From Alphaproteobacteria bacterium (GTDB taxonomy: Bacteria > Pseudomonadota > Alphaproteobacteria > Rhizobiales > JAKIUO01), in NCBI GenBank assembly GCA_024279115.1, contig JAJRRW010000008.1, positions 29 through 64,028 on the forward strand: a stretch of DNA of 64,000 nt. The letters run 5' to 3'. Under the pieces are notes generated by a model. It saw only the letters and a program-made list of their open reading frames with translations, did no database searches and had not been told where the DNA came from. The translations under genes were made by a program, and so were the position numbers. Below, one piece after another: positions 35,101 through 45,392 of the stretch (position 1 is its first letter; each line of letters starts with the position of its first letter).

Positions 35101-35266
35101 GCCCTGACGGCAACTGCTGGCTGTCATTTTCGGGCTCATTTGTTGATTCTATATGTTCGATAATACTGTCCAATATCTGTTCGGCCGGCATTGAGCCTGT
35201 CTCACGATTTTCTTTAGAATCATTCCTGTCGCTGGATTGAACCACAACGCTCTCCTTGCGAGCCAT
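32180..35266 (-). CDS. large bitopic Sel1-repeat protein with PodJ-like architecture
   Basis: 1028 aa. About 640 aa of acidic, coiled-coil/disordered N-terminus, then one TM helix (LLVFTSLILFGTSALLLYGM, about residues 644-663), a Ser/Gly/Lys linker, and four to five Sel1 repeats (..WYEKSAKAGYAPAIYRLATMYERGNGV.., ..WYAKAAEYGVKDSQFNLAIIY..). Confidence 0.7.
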   Translation of the reverse strand: MARKESVVVQSSDRNDSKENRETGSMPAEQILDSIIEHIESTNEPENDSQQLPSGQHQNRANVPVCELQEESADPGTNADFKNIEKRAAELASKLGGTGLSYSAGVKKYLEQDVQPTTPSKSERKPVAALATAVIHQDDLDVDSKRFGLSELDEPGRDATGPNADDVNQQQNNVNKWDAELQDNKSMDEPKPGAPELADIEPGPQATSTRLPGEPLDASEERVAEVIDQPNNINETTSFAEHAQELQDIETNIEALSASMTKQVDHPSALEPAAEQVPSIVELAPTRILDSEMEQRVTSLEKHIVTLLDDVALSGQKMGDNVTQIVRTQSQLAVQEAIDASEVFGAMKAELAHAAEQRHLQDVRMSDSLDALHDALKDIGERVKTIETDGAAEPQAAEMSMASGIVASVLGSKRADTNDGQSQPSDKKMRVDDEVADLIAPDIIEELPVWLSDATQDLHVNEQGSPVESADVFASRTKQQDPVSRGPLLEHSQSETEIEDISPELDEPVNPEQHLKGSAPDNTASTDHKPGEGATVHEQQGVEQADQQGLGEAREELVQKPAIDKEFLRSARAAARAANERTNVVNSTNDAAGPGPNSVKKIGNFIAAAKQKDRGVESEPIVENIKNVPKNSLFTDKVQGPNSLLVFTSLILFGTSALLLYGMSRDDVDTGTVVKLNASEKLADQLPADPRLEGVLPAKIKSIEHKNAKPGAGGGRSTLQSGSGVALANKDAGSAPKDTPAKEGKTVITRTIVLPAEPSAIEFTAAIGGARGKVETGSLFDQYISFSSPSGSLGTLTKKSVKAVAAKTDQPNTGGTAGLLKSASRGDVLAQYEVARRFGKGIGVEKSAAISVEWYEKSAKAGYAPAIYRLATMYERGNGVAKDYQRAKDLYMSAAEKGNVKAMHNLAVLYTGGNLGRADFTNAITWYAKAAEYGVKDSQFNLAIIYQNGMGGKLDIEGAYKWYSLAARAGDKEAVAMVKDLRKDLSGKLLKKLDENIRTWKPRTPDESANVVSQYRKASLQDSQRTKS

Positions 35267-35677
35267 ATCGCAATATGGCCAGTGTACAATTTTGATATTT
35301 ATGAGGAAATCACAACCCAGAAAAACGCCTGTAAGTCAGCATTTTCTACCCGAACAAAAACTACTCATCGTTATTCCATCGCAAATACGCGCGAATATTC
35401 CCGCACGATGAACATAGCGGAAGGTCTAGTGACACTGTTCATGATTGGAGTGAAAAAACGGTTAATTCCCGGTCATTGAGCGCACAGATCTGGCTGTTTA
35501 TTGATGGCTCTGCAAAAACCCCAGAACCGCACCACAGCGTTGCTGCGCGACCTTTCGACATCCAAACGCCAGAACCTTGGTAATTCTTGGTATTTTGCCC
35601 ATATAATAGGATCAAATAACAAATTGCCGCTAATAGCGTTGCGCTGATTATGGCAATTGAGTTCAAGGGAGTTTACA

Positions 35678-36115
35678 ATGACTATCGTGCAAATAATATC
35701 TTCCGTGCTTGTCGCTGGAGTTGTCATCGGGGCGGCATCCATCGCACGGGCCGAGACCGGTCGCTACTCCATGACCCCGACAAAGGATGGAATTTTGAAG
35801 CTGGATACCAAGACCGGTGCCGTTTCGCTTTGCGCTCGATCCTCTGGCAAGTGGAAATGCCAAGGTGTCGATGGTCAGAACAGTGCGCTACATGACACCG
35901 TGCGACGCCTTGAGCAAGAAAATGACCGCTTGCGCGCCCAACTCGATGCTGCACGACTTGCGCCCGCCCCAGAAAGCAGCGGCAAACTTGATGTCCCCAG
36001 CGAAGAAGATGTCGATAAAGCCATGGACTTTATGGAAAAACTTCTCCATCGCTTCAAAGGCATGGTCGAAGACCTCAAAAAGGATAAAGATGACCAACAA
36101 GGCGTGCCGCTGTAA
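35678..36115 (+). CDS. hypothetical secreted coiled-coil protein
   Basis: AAGGGAG Shine-Dalgarno 6 nt before ATG 35678. Signal peptide MTIVQIISSVLVAGVVIGAASIARA. Two Cys, then a heptad-like segment (LEQENDRLRAQLD). Confidence 0.55.
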   Translation: MTIVQIISSVLVAGVVIGAASIARAETGRYSMTPTKDGILKLDTKTGAVSLCARSSGKWKCQGVDGQNSALHDTVRRLEQENDRLRAQLDAARLAPAPESSGKLDVPSEEDVDKAMDFMEKLLHRFKGMVEDLKKDKDDQQGVPL

Positions 36116-36154
36116 AGGCGTGCTCCAGATCAAAGGTAGCTTGATGGAAACAAC

Positions 36155-36598
36155 ATGCCACTAAGTCAAAAACTGCATTCACTAGAAGTGCACACCAGCG
36201 GCCAAGGGCTGGTCGAAATCAGCCCGCTATTGCAGAGCTGGCTTGAGCTCGTGCACGCGAATGATGGCCTGTTGACCTTGTTTATCCGCCACACTTCGGC
36301 ATCCCTGACCGTACAGGAAAATGCTGATTTGGACGTTGCACTGGACCTCTTTGACGCCTTGGATGGCCTTGCGCCAGAGCGATCAGACTATCGCCATTGC
36401 AACGAAGGCCCTGATGATATGCCTGCTCATATCAAGAGCATGCTAACACAGACACAACTGGCCGTGCCCGTGCAAGACGGACGGATGGTTTTGGGGACCT
36501 GGCAGGGTGTGTTTGTCATCGAGCACCGGATGCGCCCTCACAAAAGGATGATTGCCCTGCATTATCTTGGCGATCAATCCGATCGATATGGGGCGTAA
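36155..36598 (+). CDS. YjbQ/UPF0047 family protein (secondary thiamine-phosphate synthase-like)
   Basis: LLTLFIRHTSASLTVQENADLDV...PAHIKSMLTQTQLAVPV..G...LGTWQGVFVIEHR matches the YjbQ family signature. Confidence 0.8.
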   Translation: MPLSQKLHSLEVHTSGQGLVEISPLLQSWLELVHANDGLLTLFIRHTSASLTVQENADLDVALDLFDALDGLAPERSDYRHCNEGPDDMPAHIKSMLTQTQLAVPVQDGRMVLGTWQGVFVIEHRMRPHKRMIALHYLGDQSDRYGA

Positions 36599-36680
36599 TC
36601 TTCGCCCAAGTCGCCCAAGCCCCCCAAAAACTCCTGGGCCAGATTGAAAGCTCATAAAGTCATTTCGAGAGATGAGCAGG

Positions 36681-37847
36681 TCACTTGCTGAGATATGAGG
36701 TCACAATTTTGGCCGCCTCTCGGCTCGGCGTTGTTCCCTTGAGCATTACTTTTTTCTCAACCAGACCAAGGCCTTTTTGCTGCTTTGCCAGAGCCGGGGT
36801 CTCGTGTAGAAGCTCGTCCAGCGCCGCGACAAGCTTGTCAGGGGTACAGTTTTCTTGAAGAAATTCAGGAAAGACATTCTCCCCCAGTACCAGATTGGCA
36901 AGGACAATCGATTGCACGCTGACCATGCGGCGCAGACTATATTCGGGTTTCCCCATCATATAGGCTACAACCATCGGCACTTTCGTCAGGCCAAGCTCCA
37001 GGGTCACTGTGCCAGAGGCCGCTAGAGCCGCATTTGCCAGGTTAAAGGCGGCAAATTTATCGCTCTCGCCGTGCAGTAAATGAGGCGTCAGTGACCAGTT
37101 GGCACTAAGGTCTTTGATCAATTTTTCAACCGATGGCATGACCGGAATCAGCACCTCAAGTTTTTGATGTTTTACGCGCAAAAGCTCGATTGCCTCCCCA
37201 AACGGCACCATCAGACGCTTCACTTCGTTTGGGCGGCTGCCCGGCAGAACAACAAGCTTGATAGCATCTTTGGCAATCGAAAGTTTTGATTGCAGATTGT
37301 CTGGTTTGCATTGCTGTATAAACTCATTTTTTTCGATCAATGGGTGGCCGACATAAGTACAGGCCGGCCCGCCAAGCTGTTTGTGAACCTCTGGTTCAAA
37401 CGGCAACAGGGCCAAGACATGATCCACATAGCTGGTCATTTTTTTGGCACGTCCAGAGCGCCATGCCCATACGCTTGGAGAGACATAATCGATGATGGGA
37501 ACATCGGGTAATTTACGCCTGATACGCTTGGCGATCGGGTGAGTGAATTCCGGGCTGTCTATAATCACGACAATATCTGGAGCAAAAGAAAGAGCGGCAT
37601 CTACCGTTTGATAAACACGCTTTATGACAGTTGGAAGCCGGGAAACAATCGCCGTCAGCCCCATGACAGCAACGTCGCTCAGCGGAAACAGGCTATGCAG
37701 CCCTTGCTGTTCCATCAACGAACCACCAACTCCAGCATAAACCGGCGGTAGCTCTAGATCTTTTTGCAAAGAGCGCATCAACGCTGCTCCCAAAAAATCG
37801 CCTGAATGTTCCCCAGCTACCAGAAAAATGCGTTTTCGCGCGCTCAT
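36681..37847 (-). CDS. lpxB: lipid-A-disaccharide synthase
   Basis: IFLVAGEHSGDFLGA N-terminus, 388 aa, positioned after lpxI/lpxA. Confidence 0.9.
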   Translation of the reverse strand: MSARKRIFLVAGEHSGDFLGAALMRSLQKDLELPPVYAGVGGSLMEQQGLHSLFPLSDVAVMGLTAIVSRLPTVIKRVYQTVDAALSFAPDIVVIIDSPEFTHPIAKRIRRKLPDVPIIDYVSPSVWAWRSGRAKKMTSYVDHVLALLPFEPEVHKQLGGPACTYVGHPLIEKNEFIQQCKPDNLQSKLSIAKDAIKLVVLPGSRPNEVKRLMVPFGEAIELLRVKHQKLEVLIPVMPSVEKLIKDLSANWSLTPHLLHGESDKFAAFNLANAALAASGTVTLELGLTKVPMVVAYMMGKPEYSLRRMVSVQSIVLANLVLGENVFPEFLQENCTPDKLVAALDELLHETPALAKQQKGLGLVEKKVMLKGTTPSREAAKIVTSYLSK

Positions 37848-38680
37848 GTCACCTCGCCAGCAAGATCCACACCGCGTAAAAAAAGTCTGCCTTTGTTGGC
37901 CATATCAATGGTGGCCGCCTTATCTGCAATCAGCGTCTCCCCGGCAGCAACCGCTATTCCCGCGAGATTGGCAGCGATTGCCAGCTCAACCGTTTTCGGG
38001 CCAATCGTTGGCAAATCTATGCGTCGGTCCTGCGAGGGCTTGGGAGCCTTGATCAGCACCCCGTGACGCCCTTTGCGCCCCCATTGTGCCAAGCTCTGAC
38101 ATCGCTCTAGCATCTGATCTGTGCCTTCAGCCGCCTCAACGGCAATAACATGGCCGTTTACAACAACGACAGCCTGGCCAACATCAAAACGGCCCATGGC
38201 CGCAACCACTTCCAGTCCGCTGGAAATATCTTCCAGGTCACTCTTGGTTGGTTTAAACTTATTCATCTCGCCATGGTCGGCGGCCAAGGAGGGAACAAGG
38301 TCAAGGATCGAGCAGACACGATGGCCCTTCTCCTCAAACAGGCCAGCAATTTTCGACAAAATGCTGTCATCGCCGCCCGATTTCAATTTCATTATGAAAG
38401 GCAGCAGCTTGAGGGCTCCAAGGTCCATTTTGACCTGTGAGAGGTCAGGGCGTTTGACATGGCCGATTATCACGACATCGCGACAGTTTTCCTCGCGTAA
38501 AATTGAAAACAGCCGCCCTATTTCTCCCCATTTGATCCAGCTATGAGGAAACTCGCCAATCTGCTCTCCCGCCTCCCCTTTTATACCAATGAGGTGAACA
38601 GGGCGATCTTCAGCAATGGCAGCTCTGGCCACATCTAAGGGTAGTCCACCGCCTCCAGATATGATGCCCAGCTTTTCCAT
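37844..38680 (-). CDS. lpxI: UDP-2,3-diacylglucosamine hydrolase LpxI (DUF1009)
   Basis: LGIISGGGGLP..., FDVGQAVVV..G.VIAVEAAEGTDQML. Sits between lpxA and lpxB, as in alphaproteobacteria. 4-nt overlap with lpxB. Confidence 0.85.
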   Translation of the reverse strand: MEKLGIISGGGGLPLDVARAAIAEDRPVHLIGIKGEAGEQIGEFPHSWIKWGEIGRLFSILREENCRDVVIIGHVKRPDLSQVKMDLGALKLLPFIMKLKSGGDDSILSKIAGLFEEKGHRVCSILDLVPSLAADHGEMNKFKPTKSDLEDISSGLEVVAAMGRFDVGQAVVVVNGHVIAVEAAEGTDQMLERCQSLAQWGRKGRHGVLIKAPKPSQDRRIDLPTIGPKTVELAIAANLAGIAVAAGETLIADKAATIDMANKGRLFLRGVDLAGEVT

Positions 38681-38708
38681 CGGATCTCACACTTTCCAGC
38701 ACAGGTGG

Positions 38709-39500
38709 CTATTTTTGCGGTACGCAAAATGAACGATCAGACGCAGATTTGATAAAACTGACAATTTTTTGCACGCTAGCATCGGAGCTGAATTCCTTAT
38801 CGACCAATTCAACTCGCTCCAACAAGGTCCCCTCATCGGCGAACAGGTCTTTGTAAGCCTTGCGAACCGCATGGATTTGTTCGCGCGGAATATTGTGGCG
38901 CCGCATGCCAACCAGATTAAGCCCCGCCAACGCAGCTCTATTGCCAAGCGCCATGCCAAAGGGAATAATATCAGCTTCAACGCCCGTCATACCGCCAACA
39001 AAGGCATATTCGCCAACCCGGACAAACTGATGCAGCGCACACAGGCCGCCAAGAATAACATGATCGCCGATCAGACAATGCCCCGCCACGGTCGCATTAT
39101 TGGCAAAAATCACATGGTCGCCAATGATACAATCATGCGCTATATGGGAGCCAACCATATAGAGGCCGTGGGAGCCCACTTTGGTGATGTTGCCACCACC
39201 GCTGGTTCCAGGATTCATGGTCACATGTTCGCGAATGACGTTGTTTTCGCCAATTTCCAGTCGACTTTCTTCCCCGGCAAATTTTTTATCCTGAGGCACC
39301 AGGCCGATGGCACTGAACGGAAAAATCTGCGTACCCGCGCCAATGCTGGTATTGCCTTCGACAACAACATGCGCATGCAATTTGACACCGGCACCAAGGG
39401 TTACTCCCGCGCCAATGACACAAAAAGGACCGACCGACGCGTCATCGTCAATTTTCGCACCATCGCTAATAACGGCAGTGGAGTGAATATCTGACATCAA
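38709..39500 (-). CDS. lpxA: acyl-ACP--UDP-N-acetylglucosamine O-acyltransferase
   Basis: Left-handed beta-helix hexapeptide repeats followed by a C-terminal helical domain. 263 aa. Confidence 0.95.
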   Translation of the reverse strand: MMSDIHSTAVISDGAKIDDDASVGPFCVIGAGVTLGAGVKLHAHVVVEGNTSIGAGTQIFPFSAIGLVPQDKKFAGEESRLEIGENNVIREHVTMNPGTSGGGNITKVGSHGLYMVGSHIAHDCIIGDHVIFANNATVAGHCLIGDHVILGGLCALHQFVRVGEYAFVGGMTGVEADIIPFGMALGNRAALAGLNLVGMRRHNIPREQIHAVRKAYKDLFADEGTLLERVELVDKEFSSDASVQKIVSFIKSASDRSFCVPQK

Positions 39501-39979
39501 GACATCGCCTTTGCATCAATTTCTACAGTTACCATGGCACTGATCTCTGCCTGAGCGACAAGGTTGCCATCCACTTTGGCCTCGCAGCGAAAACGCCAGA
39601 CCTTGCCTCTGTTACGGATCTTTTTGACATGGTAGCGCACCTGATCTCCCGGCAGGACAGGTTTACGAAAGCGCGCTTTGTCGATCGTCATGAAATAAAC
39701 CAGACTGGGCTCATAACTCTCTTCCATATTGTGCACACAAAGCGCCCCAGCTGTCTGCGCCATTCCCTCGATAAGCAAGACACCAGGCATGACCGGAAAT
39801 CTTGGAAAATGCCCCTGAAAGAAATTCTCATTATAGGTGACGTTTTTAAGCCCGATAGCGCTTTCATCGCCATCAATATCGGTAATCCGATCTACCATCA
39901 AAAAGGGATAGCGATGAGGCAGTAGCTTCATGATCTCAATGATATCGGCGGTCTCGAGCGTCTTTTGTTGTTCGGTCAT
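39497..39979 (-). CDS. fabZ: 3-hydroxyacyl-ACP dehydratase FabZ
   Basis: [13 protein letters not shown] and FFQGHFP...[14 protein letters not shown] motifs. Start trimmed to MTEQQK. Confidence 0.95.
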   Translation of the reverse strand: MTEQQKTLETADIIEIMKLLPHRYPFLMVDRITDIDGDESAIGLKNVTYNENFFQGHFPRFPVMPGVLLIEGMAQTAGALCVHNMEESYEPSLVYFMTIDKARFRKPVLPGDQVRYHVKKIRNRGKVWRFRCEAKVDGNLVAQAEISAMVTVEIDAKAMS

Positions 39980-40105
39980 ATCGTGTCCTTCATTGGCAAC
40001 AGCGCCAAGCATTGTGCTTGTACACGCAATCTGCACCAGTTCTTTGCTCTATCTATATTCAATATTGGAGAGGAGTTAAACCCATGTTTTATCGCCACAG
40101 TCCGC

Positions 40106-41140
40106 TTATTTCTTTTTTGCTGCCAGTTTTTTGATGGCGATTAATTCACGCTTCCATTGCATAATGGGAACAGCCGGAGCGCCACCGATGATCGCGCCGG
40201 GCTCAACATTATTGATGATTTTACCGTTCGCAGCAATTTTCACGCCGGTGCCGATTTTAATATGTCCAACACAGCCTCCCTGCCCGCCAAAAATCACAAA
40301 ATCACCCAGCTCGGTACTTCCAGAAATACCCACTTGTGAAACAATGACGCAATTTCTGCCAATAATAACATTGTGGCCGATCTGAACGAGATTATCGATC
40401 TTGGTGCCTTCGCCGATCACGGTATCTTTTAGTGCTCCTCGGTCAATCGTCGTGTTAGCGCCGATTTCCACATGATCCTGGATAATCACCCGACCAATCT
40501 GCGGGACCTTCAAATGCCCCTGCGGCCCCATAGCAAACCCAAAGCCATCCTGGCCAATTGCAGCTCCTTGGTGAATGATGACGTGATCGCCAATGAGCGA
40601 GCATTGAATACTGGCATTGGCACCAATGGAGCAATTGCGGCCGACCATGCAACGCGCGCCGACCACTGCTCCTGACGAAATAACGCTATCTCGGCCAATC
40701 TGCACCTTGGCGCCAATCACCGCGCCAGGTTCAATAATTGCTCCTTGTTCGATGATCGCGGTGGGGTGAACAAGAGATCGATTGTCCTGCTTGCCCCCTG
40801 CATAAGATAGCGGCTTCATCGCGCCAGGATAAAACAGCGCAAGCACTTTGGCGTAGGCGCGATAGGGCTCAGCGACCACCAGCAGCCTGTTGGCGCTGGT
40901 TTTATGATCTTTGAAAGCTGGAGAGACGATACAGACCAGAGCGTTGGTGGTCTCGAATTGTGTTCGGTATTTCTTATTCTCGAAAAAAGTGAGATGCCCA
41001 TCACCTACCTGATCCAATGATTTTATATTCTTGACAAGCGGATCGCCTGCATCTGGTCCAACAAGTTCTGCGCCAATAAGCTCAGTAATTTCCGATATCG
41101 GAAAAGGCCCCGCATTCTCAAAAAAACCGGGATGGTCCAT
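40106..41140 (-). CDS. lpxD: UDP-3-O-acylglucosamine N-acyltransferase
   Basis: N-terminal uridine-binding domain plus long hexapeptide-repeat helix. 344 aa. Confidence 0.95.
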   Translation of the reverse strand: MDHPGFFENAGPFPISEITELIGAELVGPDAGDPLVKNIKSLDQVGDGHLTFFENKKYRTQFETTNALVCIVSPAFKDHKTSANRLLVVAEPYRAYAKVLALFYPGAMKPLSYAGGKQDNRSLVHPTAIIEQGAIIEPGAVIGAKVQIGRDSVISSGAVVGARCMVGRNCSIGANASIQCSLIGDHVIIHQGAAIGQDGFGFAMGPQGHLKVPQIGRVIIQDHVEIGANTTIDRGALKDTVIGEGTKIDNLVQIGHNVIIGRNCVIVSQVGISGSTELGDFVIFGGQGGCVGHIKIGTGVKIAANGKIINNVEPGAIIGGAPAVPIMQWKRELIAIKKLAAKKK

Positions 41141-41280
41141 TGCTGTAATACACTCCTGTTCACAAAAACCTGCTCAAGGCATAGCGATGAACCAGAACCA
41201 ATTGCAAGAAAATAACGACGATCACACTGGTTTTTAGATCGTCATTTATTGGCCCTGATCCGCCTCAATGTGAGGAGATC

Positions 41281-41315
41281 AAAAAAAACGCTGCCCATTC
41301 CGGAGCAGCGTTTTT
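41281..41315 (-). terminator. rho-independent terminator after bamA (bidirectional in sequence)
   Basis: On the minus strand: AACGCTGC, 10-nt loop, GCAGCGTT, followed by T8. Starts 20 nt after the bamA stop. Confidence 0.6.
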
Positions 41316-41334
41316 ATATAACATCATCAAACAT

Positions 41335-43665
41335 CTAGAATTTGGTCTGAGCGCCAAAGCTGAACAACTGTGTCTGGTCGTGGTTTTCTTCTTGCAGAGC
41401 ATAGGCAAAGTCCATGCGTAGCGGGCCCATGGGACTATCCCATAACAGACCAAAACCAACGGACGCCCGGATCGTATCATCATCCACGATATCAGTCGAC
41501 AATATCGGATCAAACATCAGGCCAGCATCGGCAAAGATCGCGCCTGATAGTCCCAGATTATCGGGAATGCACGGGAAGGGAAATCTGATCTCGGCTGTTG
41601 CACAGGCAAACGCCTCTGTACCAACCGCAGATCCAAACACACCGCCACTAACCGTTCGGGGGCCAAATCCACCAGCTTCAAACCCACGCACACAGTCAGC
41701 GCTGCTGGTAAAACCATCGGTACCAATAAGTGACTTGCTTCCCCATCCTGAGATATGTCCCGCCTTCACACGACTGGCAAAGGTGATTTTATCGGTGATT
41801 GGATGGTAGCCACGTCCCTCAAGATAGGTGCGAATATACTGTTTATCGCCACCGACGCCCGCAAATTCCTGAGCCATAGATCCATATAGACCACGAGTGG
41901 GCTTCCTGAGATGATTACGCGTGTCATAAGTCAGCCCATAGCCGACGGCTGAGGTAATCTCAATATCACCATTTATGATACCCTGTTTGGCCAGTTCGGT
42001 AGCTTCTGTAAGATTGACATCCGTAATTTCTCGACGTGAGAAACGGTAGTAAGTGGTCAGCCGGAGCTCGTCATTAAGCGGCATTGAAAGACGAAGTTTA
42101 CCACCTGTTTCGATCTTCTCATATCCAAGTGTATCACTCAGATCAGCGATCCGATGGAAAAGGTCAAATCCAGCCGCCAGATTTTGATCAAGGAATCTTG
42201 GCTCGGTAAAGCTAAGATCGACCTGCCCCTTGCCCGTGAAGCTGCCCTTCACTTTGAGCTGCAGAAACTGGCCGCGCCCCATGAGATTGCGCTCGGTGAC
42301 ACTGACATCACCAATCACCCCGTCCGACGTTGAATAACCGGCACTAAAACCTAATTCCCCGGACGAATCTTCAATCACGGCGACGTTCAGAACAACCCGG
42401 TCAGGAGCACTACCGCGTGATCTCTTTACGGTCACTTTCTTCAAAAACCCGAGTGCCTTCAGTCTGTCTTGAGCTCGCTTTACGAGCAGGCGATTATAAG
42501 CATCCCCCTCTGCCAGGCGAAACTCGCGTCGAATGACATAATCTCTGGTACGTGTATTGCCGGTGATATTGATGCGCTCAATATATACGCGCGGCCCCTG
42601 CTCAACGACATAGTTGATATCAATCGTTCTCGCCAGAGGGTCCCGGTGCACGATAGGGCGAACCTGTGCGAAGGCAAAGCCTTCTTCCGCCGTCTTCAGA
42701 GTGATGGCTTCGGTTGTCTTGTCGATCTTGCCGGCATTATAAATCTCGTCGGGATATGTGGTAATCTCCTGTCTCAACAGCTCGGGATTAAGAGACGCCA
42801 ACGACGTTTCCAGATCTATATTTCCGAACCGATAGAGTTCTCCTTCATCAATTGTGAAGGTGATAAAGAAATTCTGACCATCTGGTGCAAGGTCTGCGAC
42901 GGCAGAGATAACACGCGCATCAGCATATCCGTTTTTGATATAATGCTGACGCAGCAGTTCCCGGTCCAGATTGAGGCGATCAGGGTCATAAATATTACTT
43001 GAGCTCATAAAGCTGAACAAGCCGGTTTCACTGGTCGTGACGATATCTTGCAACTGACCATCGGAGAAGGCCCGATTGCCAATGAAATTGATATTCTTGA
43101 CCGTCGTCTTGGAACCTTCGTTGACTTCAAAAACCAGGTTCACCCGATTATGGTCGATCCTGATGATCTTGGGCTCAACATTTGCCGCAAACAGTCCCTG
43201 GCGTTGATAAACACTCAAAACGCGGCGTGTATCAGACTGCACACGAGCTCGCGTATAGACCGAGCGAGGCTTCAGCTGTATCTCCGCAGCCAGCGTCGCA
43301 TCATCAACTTCTGCATTGCCCTCAAAGGCCACTTTGTTGATGATTGGATTTTCGACGACCCTAATCGTCACAACCCGACCTTGCCGCGAAATATTAACAT
43401 CCGAAAACAGGCCAGTCGCAAAAAGCGATTTCAATGAGCTGTCGACTTTGGAAGCGCTATATTGATCGCCGCGCACAAATTGAAGATATGAGAGCACGGT
43501 CTCATCCTCAACGCGCTGATTGCCGTTGACAACAATCTTGCCAATTGCAGCCGCCTGAACCTGGCTTGCTCCAATCATTGTTCCTAGCGTAGCCAGCAAC
43601 GGGAATGAAAGCAAAACTGCCATGAGCAGTTTCATTCCCCGCCAATTAATTTTTTGCACGTTCAT
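41335..43665 (-). CDS. bamA: outer membrane protein assembly factor BamA
   Basis: Signal peptide, five POTRA-like repeats (I..I.V.GN.R...), C-terminal beta-barrel ending ...FSFGAQTKF. Start at ATG 43665 or 43635. Confidence 0.9.
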   Translation of the reverse strand: MNVQKINWRGMKLLMAVLLSFPLLATLGTMIGASQVQAAAIGKIVVNGNQRVEDETVLSYLQFVRGDQYSASKVDSSLKSLFATGLFSDVNISRQGRVVTIRVVENPIINKVAFEGNAEVDDATLAAEIQLKPRSVYTRARVQSDTRRVLSVYQRQGLFAANVEPKIIRIDHNRVNLVFEVNEGSKTTVKNINFIGNRAFSDGQLQDIVTTSETGLFSFMSSSNIYDPDRLNLDRELLRQHYIKNGYADARVISAVADLAPDGQNFFITFTIDEGELYRFGNIDLETSLASLNPELLRQEITTYPDEIYNAGKIDKTTEAITLKTAEEGFAFAQVRPIVHRDPLARTIDINYVVEQGPRVYIERINITGNTRTRDYVIRREFRLAEGDAYNRLLVKRAQDRLKALGFLKKVTVKRSRGSAPDRVVLNVAVIEDSSGELGFSAGYSTSDGVIGDVSVTERNLMGRGQFLQLKVKGSFTGKGQVDLSFTEPRFLDQNLAAGFDLFHRIADLSDTLGYEKIETGGKLRLSMPLNDELRLTTYYRFSRREITDVNLTEATELAKQGIINGDIEITSAVGYGLTYDTRNHLRKPTRGLYGSMAQEFAGVGGDKQYIRTYLEGRGYHPITDKITFASRVKAGHISGWGSKSLIGTDGFTSSADCVRGFEAGGFGPRTVSGGVFGSAVGTEAFACATAEIRFPFPCIPDNLGLSGAIFADAGLMFDPILSTDIVDDDTIRASVGFGLLWDSPMGPLRMDFAYALQEENHDQTQLFSFGAQTKF

Positions 43666-43926
43666 ACTGTAATTCTTGTCCCCGAATTGTCTGGATTTAA
43701 ATAAACCCGGACGAACAGTTTTTAATTGTCGTGAACCGCTGGCACAGCCCCACGCTGTAATTGCCATTGACGCTTTAGTCTCGATGGGGCCCTTCCTTAT
43801 TACTATAGAAGGTACCCGCTTCGCTCCATGTTTACCGAATTCTTGACTAGGTGAATAGCCAATTATCCATAAAATGGTTGGTTTTTACGACGCTTGTAAC
43901 TAATGAGTAACAGCTGTTCGCCAGAC

Positions 43927-45336
43927 CTACAGTACCTTGATGTGTATGAGATCATTTAACGTGGCGAAAATCATAAGCATAAGAACGAGAGCAAGGCCAA
44001 TTCGAAACCCGTATTCACGGGTTCTTTCACTCAATGGCTTTCCCTTGATGGCTTCAAACATGTAAAACAGCAAATGCCCGCCATCAAGCATTGGAATCGG
44101 AAACAAATTGATAAGTCCTATACTAACAGAAAGAACTGCTATTAAGTTAATAAGCGGCAAAATGCCTACAGAAGCGGCTTGCGAGGAGATTTGTGCGATT
44201 CTAATGGGGCCACCCAGCTGATCAGCTGATTCGCGACCGACAATAATTTTGCCAAGATAGGACAATGTCTGATCAACAATGAAATAGGTTTCCTTGGTCC
44301 CCTTCCAGACCGCCATCACAGGATTATATTTCTTTTTCAGATTGCCTCTTGGGCTATGAACACCCAGTCTGCCAATCGTTTTCTTGGTACCAGAGCTGTC
44401 GGTTATTTCGGCCGATGCCGGAGTGACCGTCAAAGAAATGTCCTTGCCCTCTCGCAGCACTAAAAAAGTGAGCAATTTGCCTGGGCTCTCGCTGACGATA
44501 CGCTGCATCGTATTGAAGCTGTGAATAGGCGTGTCACCAATCCGCAATATACGATCACTGTCATGGAACCCGGCCTTGTCAGCAACACTCCCCTTCACAA
44601 CGGCGCCGATGCTTGGCTCAATAAATCTTTGCACTTGCAGCAGCGCAATATCAATATCATTGCCGAAACGATCCTTGATTTTTTGCTTGCGCGGGGTGAA
44701 CGGCAATATTAATTCCCGATCATTGCGATCAATGACAAAGGAAAGCTGCGTATTGGCATTGACGCTGACAATACGCTGCATGTCGCTAAAGCTGTCAATG
44801 GCCGCTCCATCAATGGATTTAATCAGATCACCCTCTTTGAAACCGGCTTTTTCGGCGACACTATCGGCAACGACGGCCCCTATGCGCGGCTCGCTGATTG
44901 TTTCACCAACAAAGGTGTAAATGCCGCCAAATATGACAATGGCCAGAATGAAATTGGCAATGGGACCAGCCGCAACGACCGCTGCCCTGTGAGACAAGGG
45001 CTTAGAGTGAAAACTGCCGTTCTGGTCTTCTGGCGATAACTTGGCCGCCGCATCAGCGTCAGGAACACTGGCGGCATTATCATCATCGACGAATTTCACA
45101 TAGCCCCCAAGCGGCAACCAGGCAAACCGCCATCTGGTCCCGTGTTTATCGTAAAATCCGTATATTTCCTTGCCGAAACCGATCGAAAAATCAGTGACTT
45201 TAACACCATAATAGCGCGCCACCATGAAGTGACCAAGCTCGTGAAAAAACACGACAATCGTCAAAACAATCAAAAACGGCAGCACGGAGGTAAAAATCAG
45301 CGATACATAATAGGGCAGCTGGGAAATGAAATCCAT
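43927..45336 (-). CDS. rseP: RIP metalloprotease RseP
   Basis: HELGHFMVARYYG zinc site, two PDZ domains, LNLFPIPMLDGGH motif. Confidence 0.9.
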   Translation of the reverse strand: MDFISQLPYYVSLIFTSVLPFLIVLTIVVFFHELGHFMVARYYGVKVTDFSIGFGKEIYGFYDKHGTRWRFAWLPLGGYVKFVDDDNAASVPDADAAAKLSPEDQNGSFHSKPLSHRAAVVAAGPIANFILAIVIFGGIYTFVGETISEPRIGAVVADSVAEKAGFKEGDLIKSIDGAAIDSFSDMQRIVSVNANTQLSFVIDRNDRELILPFTPRKQKIKDRFGNDIDIALLQVQRFIEPSIGAVVKGSVADKAGFHDSDRILRIGDTPIHSFNTMQRIVSESPGKLLTFLVLREGKDISLTVTPASAEITDSSGTKKTIGRLGVHSPRGNLKKKYNPVMAVWKGTKETYFIVDQTLSYLGKIIVGRESADQLGGPIRIAQISSQAASVGILPLINLIAVLSVSIGLINLFPIPMLDGGHLLFYMFEAIKGKPLSERTREYGFRIGLALVLMLMIFATLNDLIHIKVL

Positions 45337-45392
45337 CTGTTAGGGTTCCTTGAGTGATGGTTTGATATTTCAACGTAAAAACGTGACTCAAC

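Noticed and set aside
36599-36630. Tandem 9-mer TCGCCCAAG repeated twice in the yjbQ/lpxB convergent spacer.
   Set aside because: Only two copies are present with no further structure, which is too little to call a repeat element.
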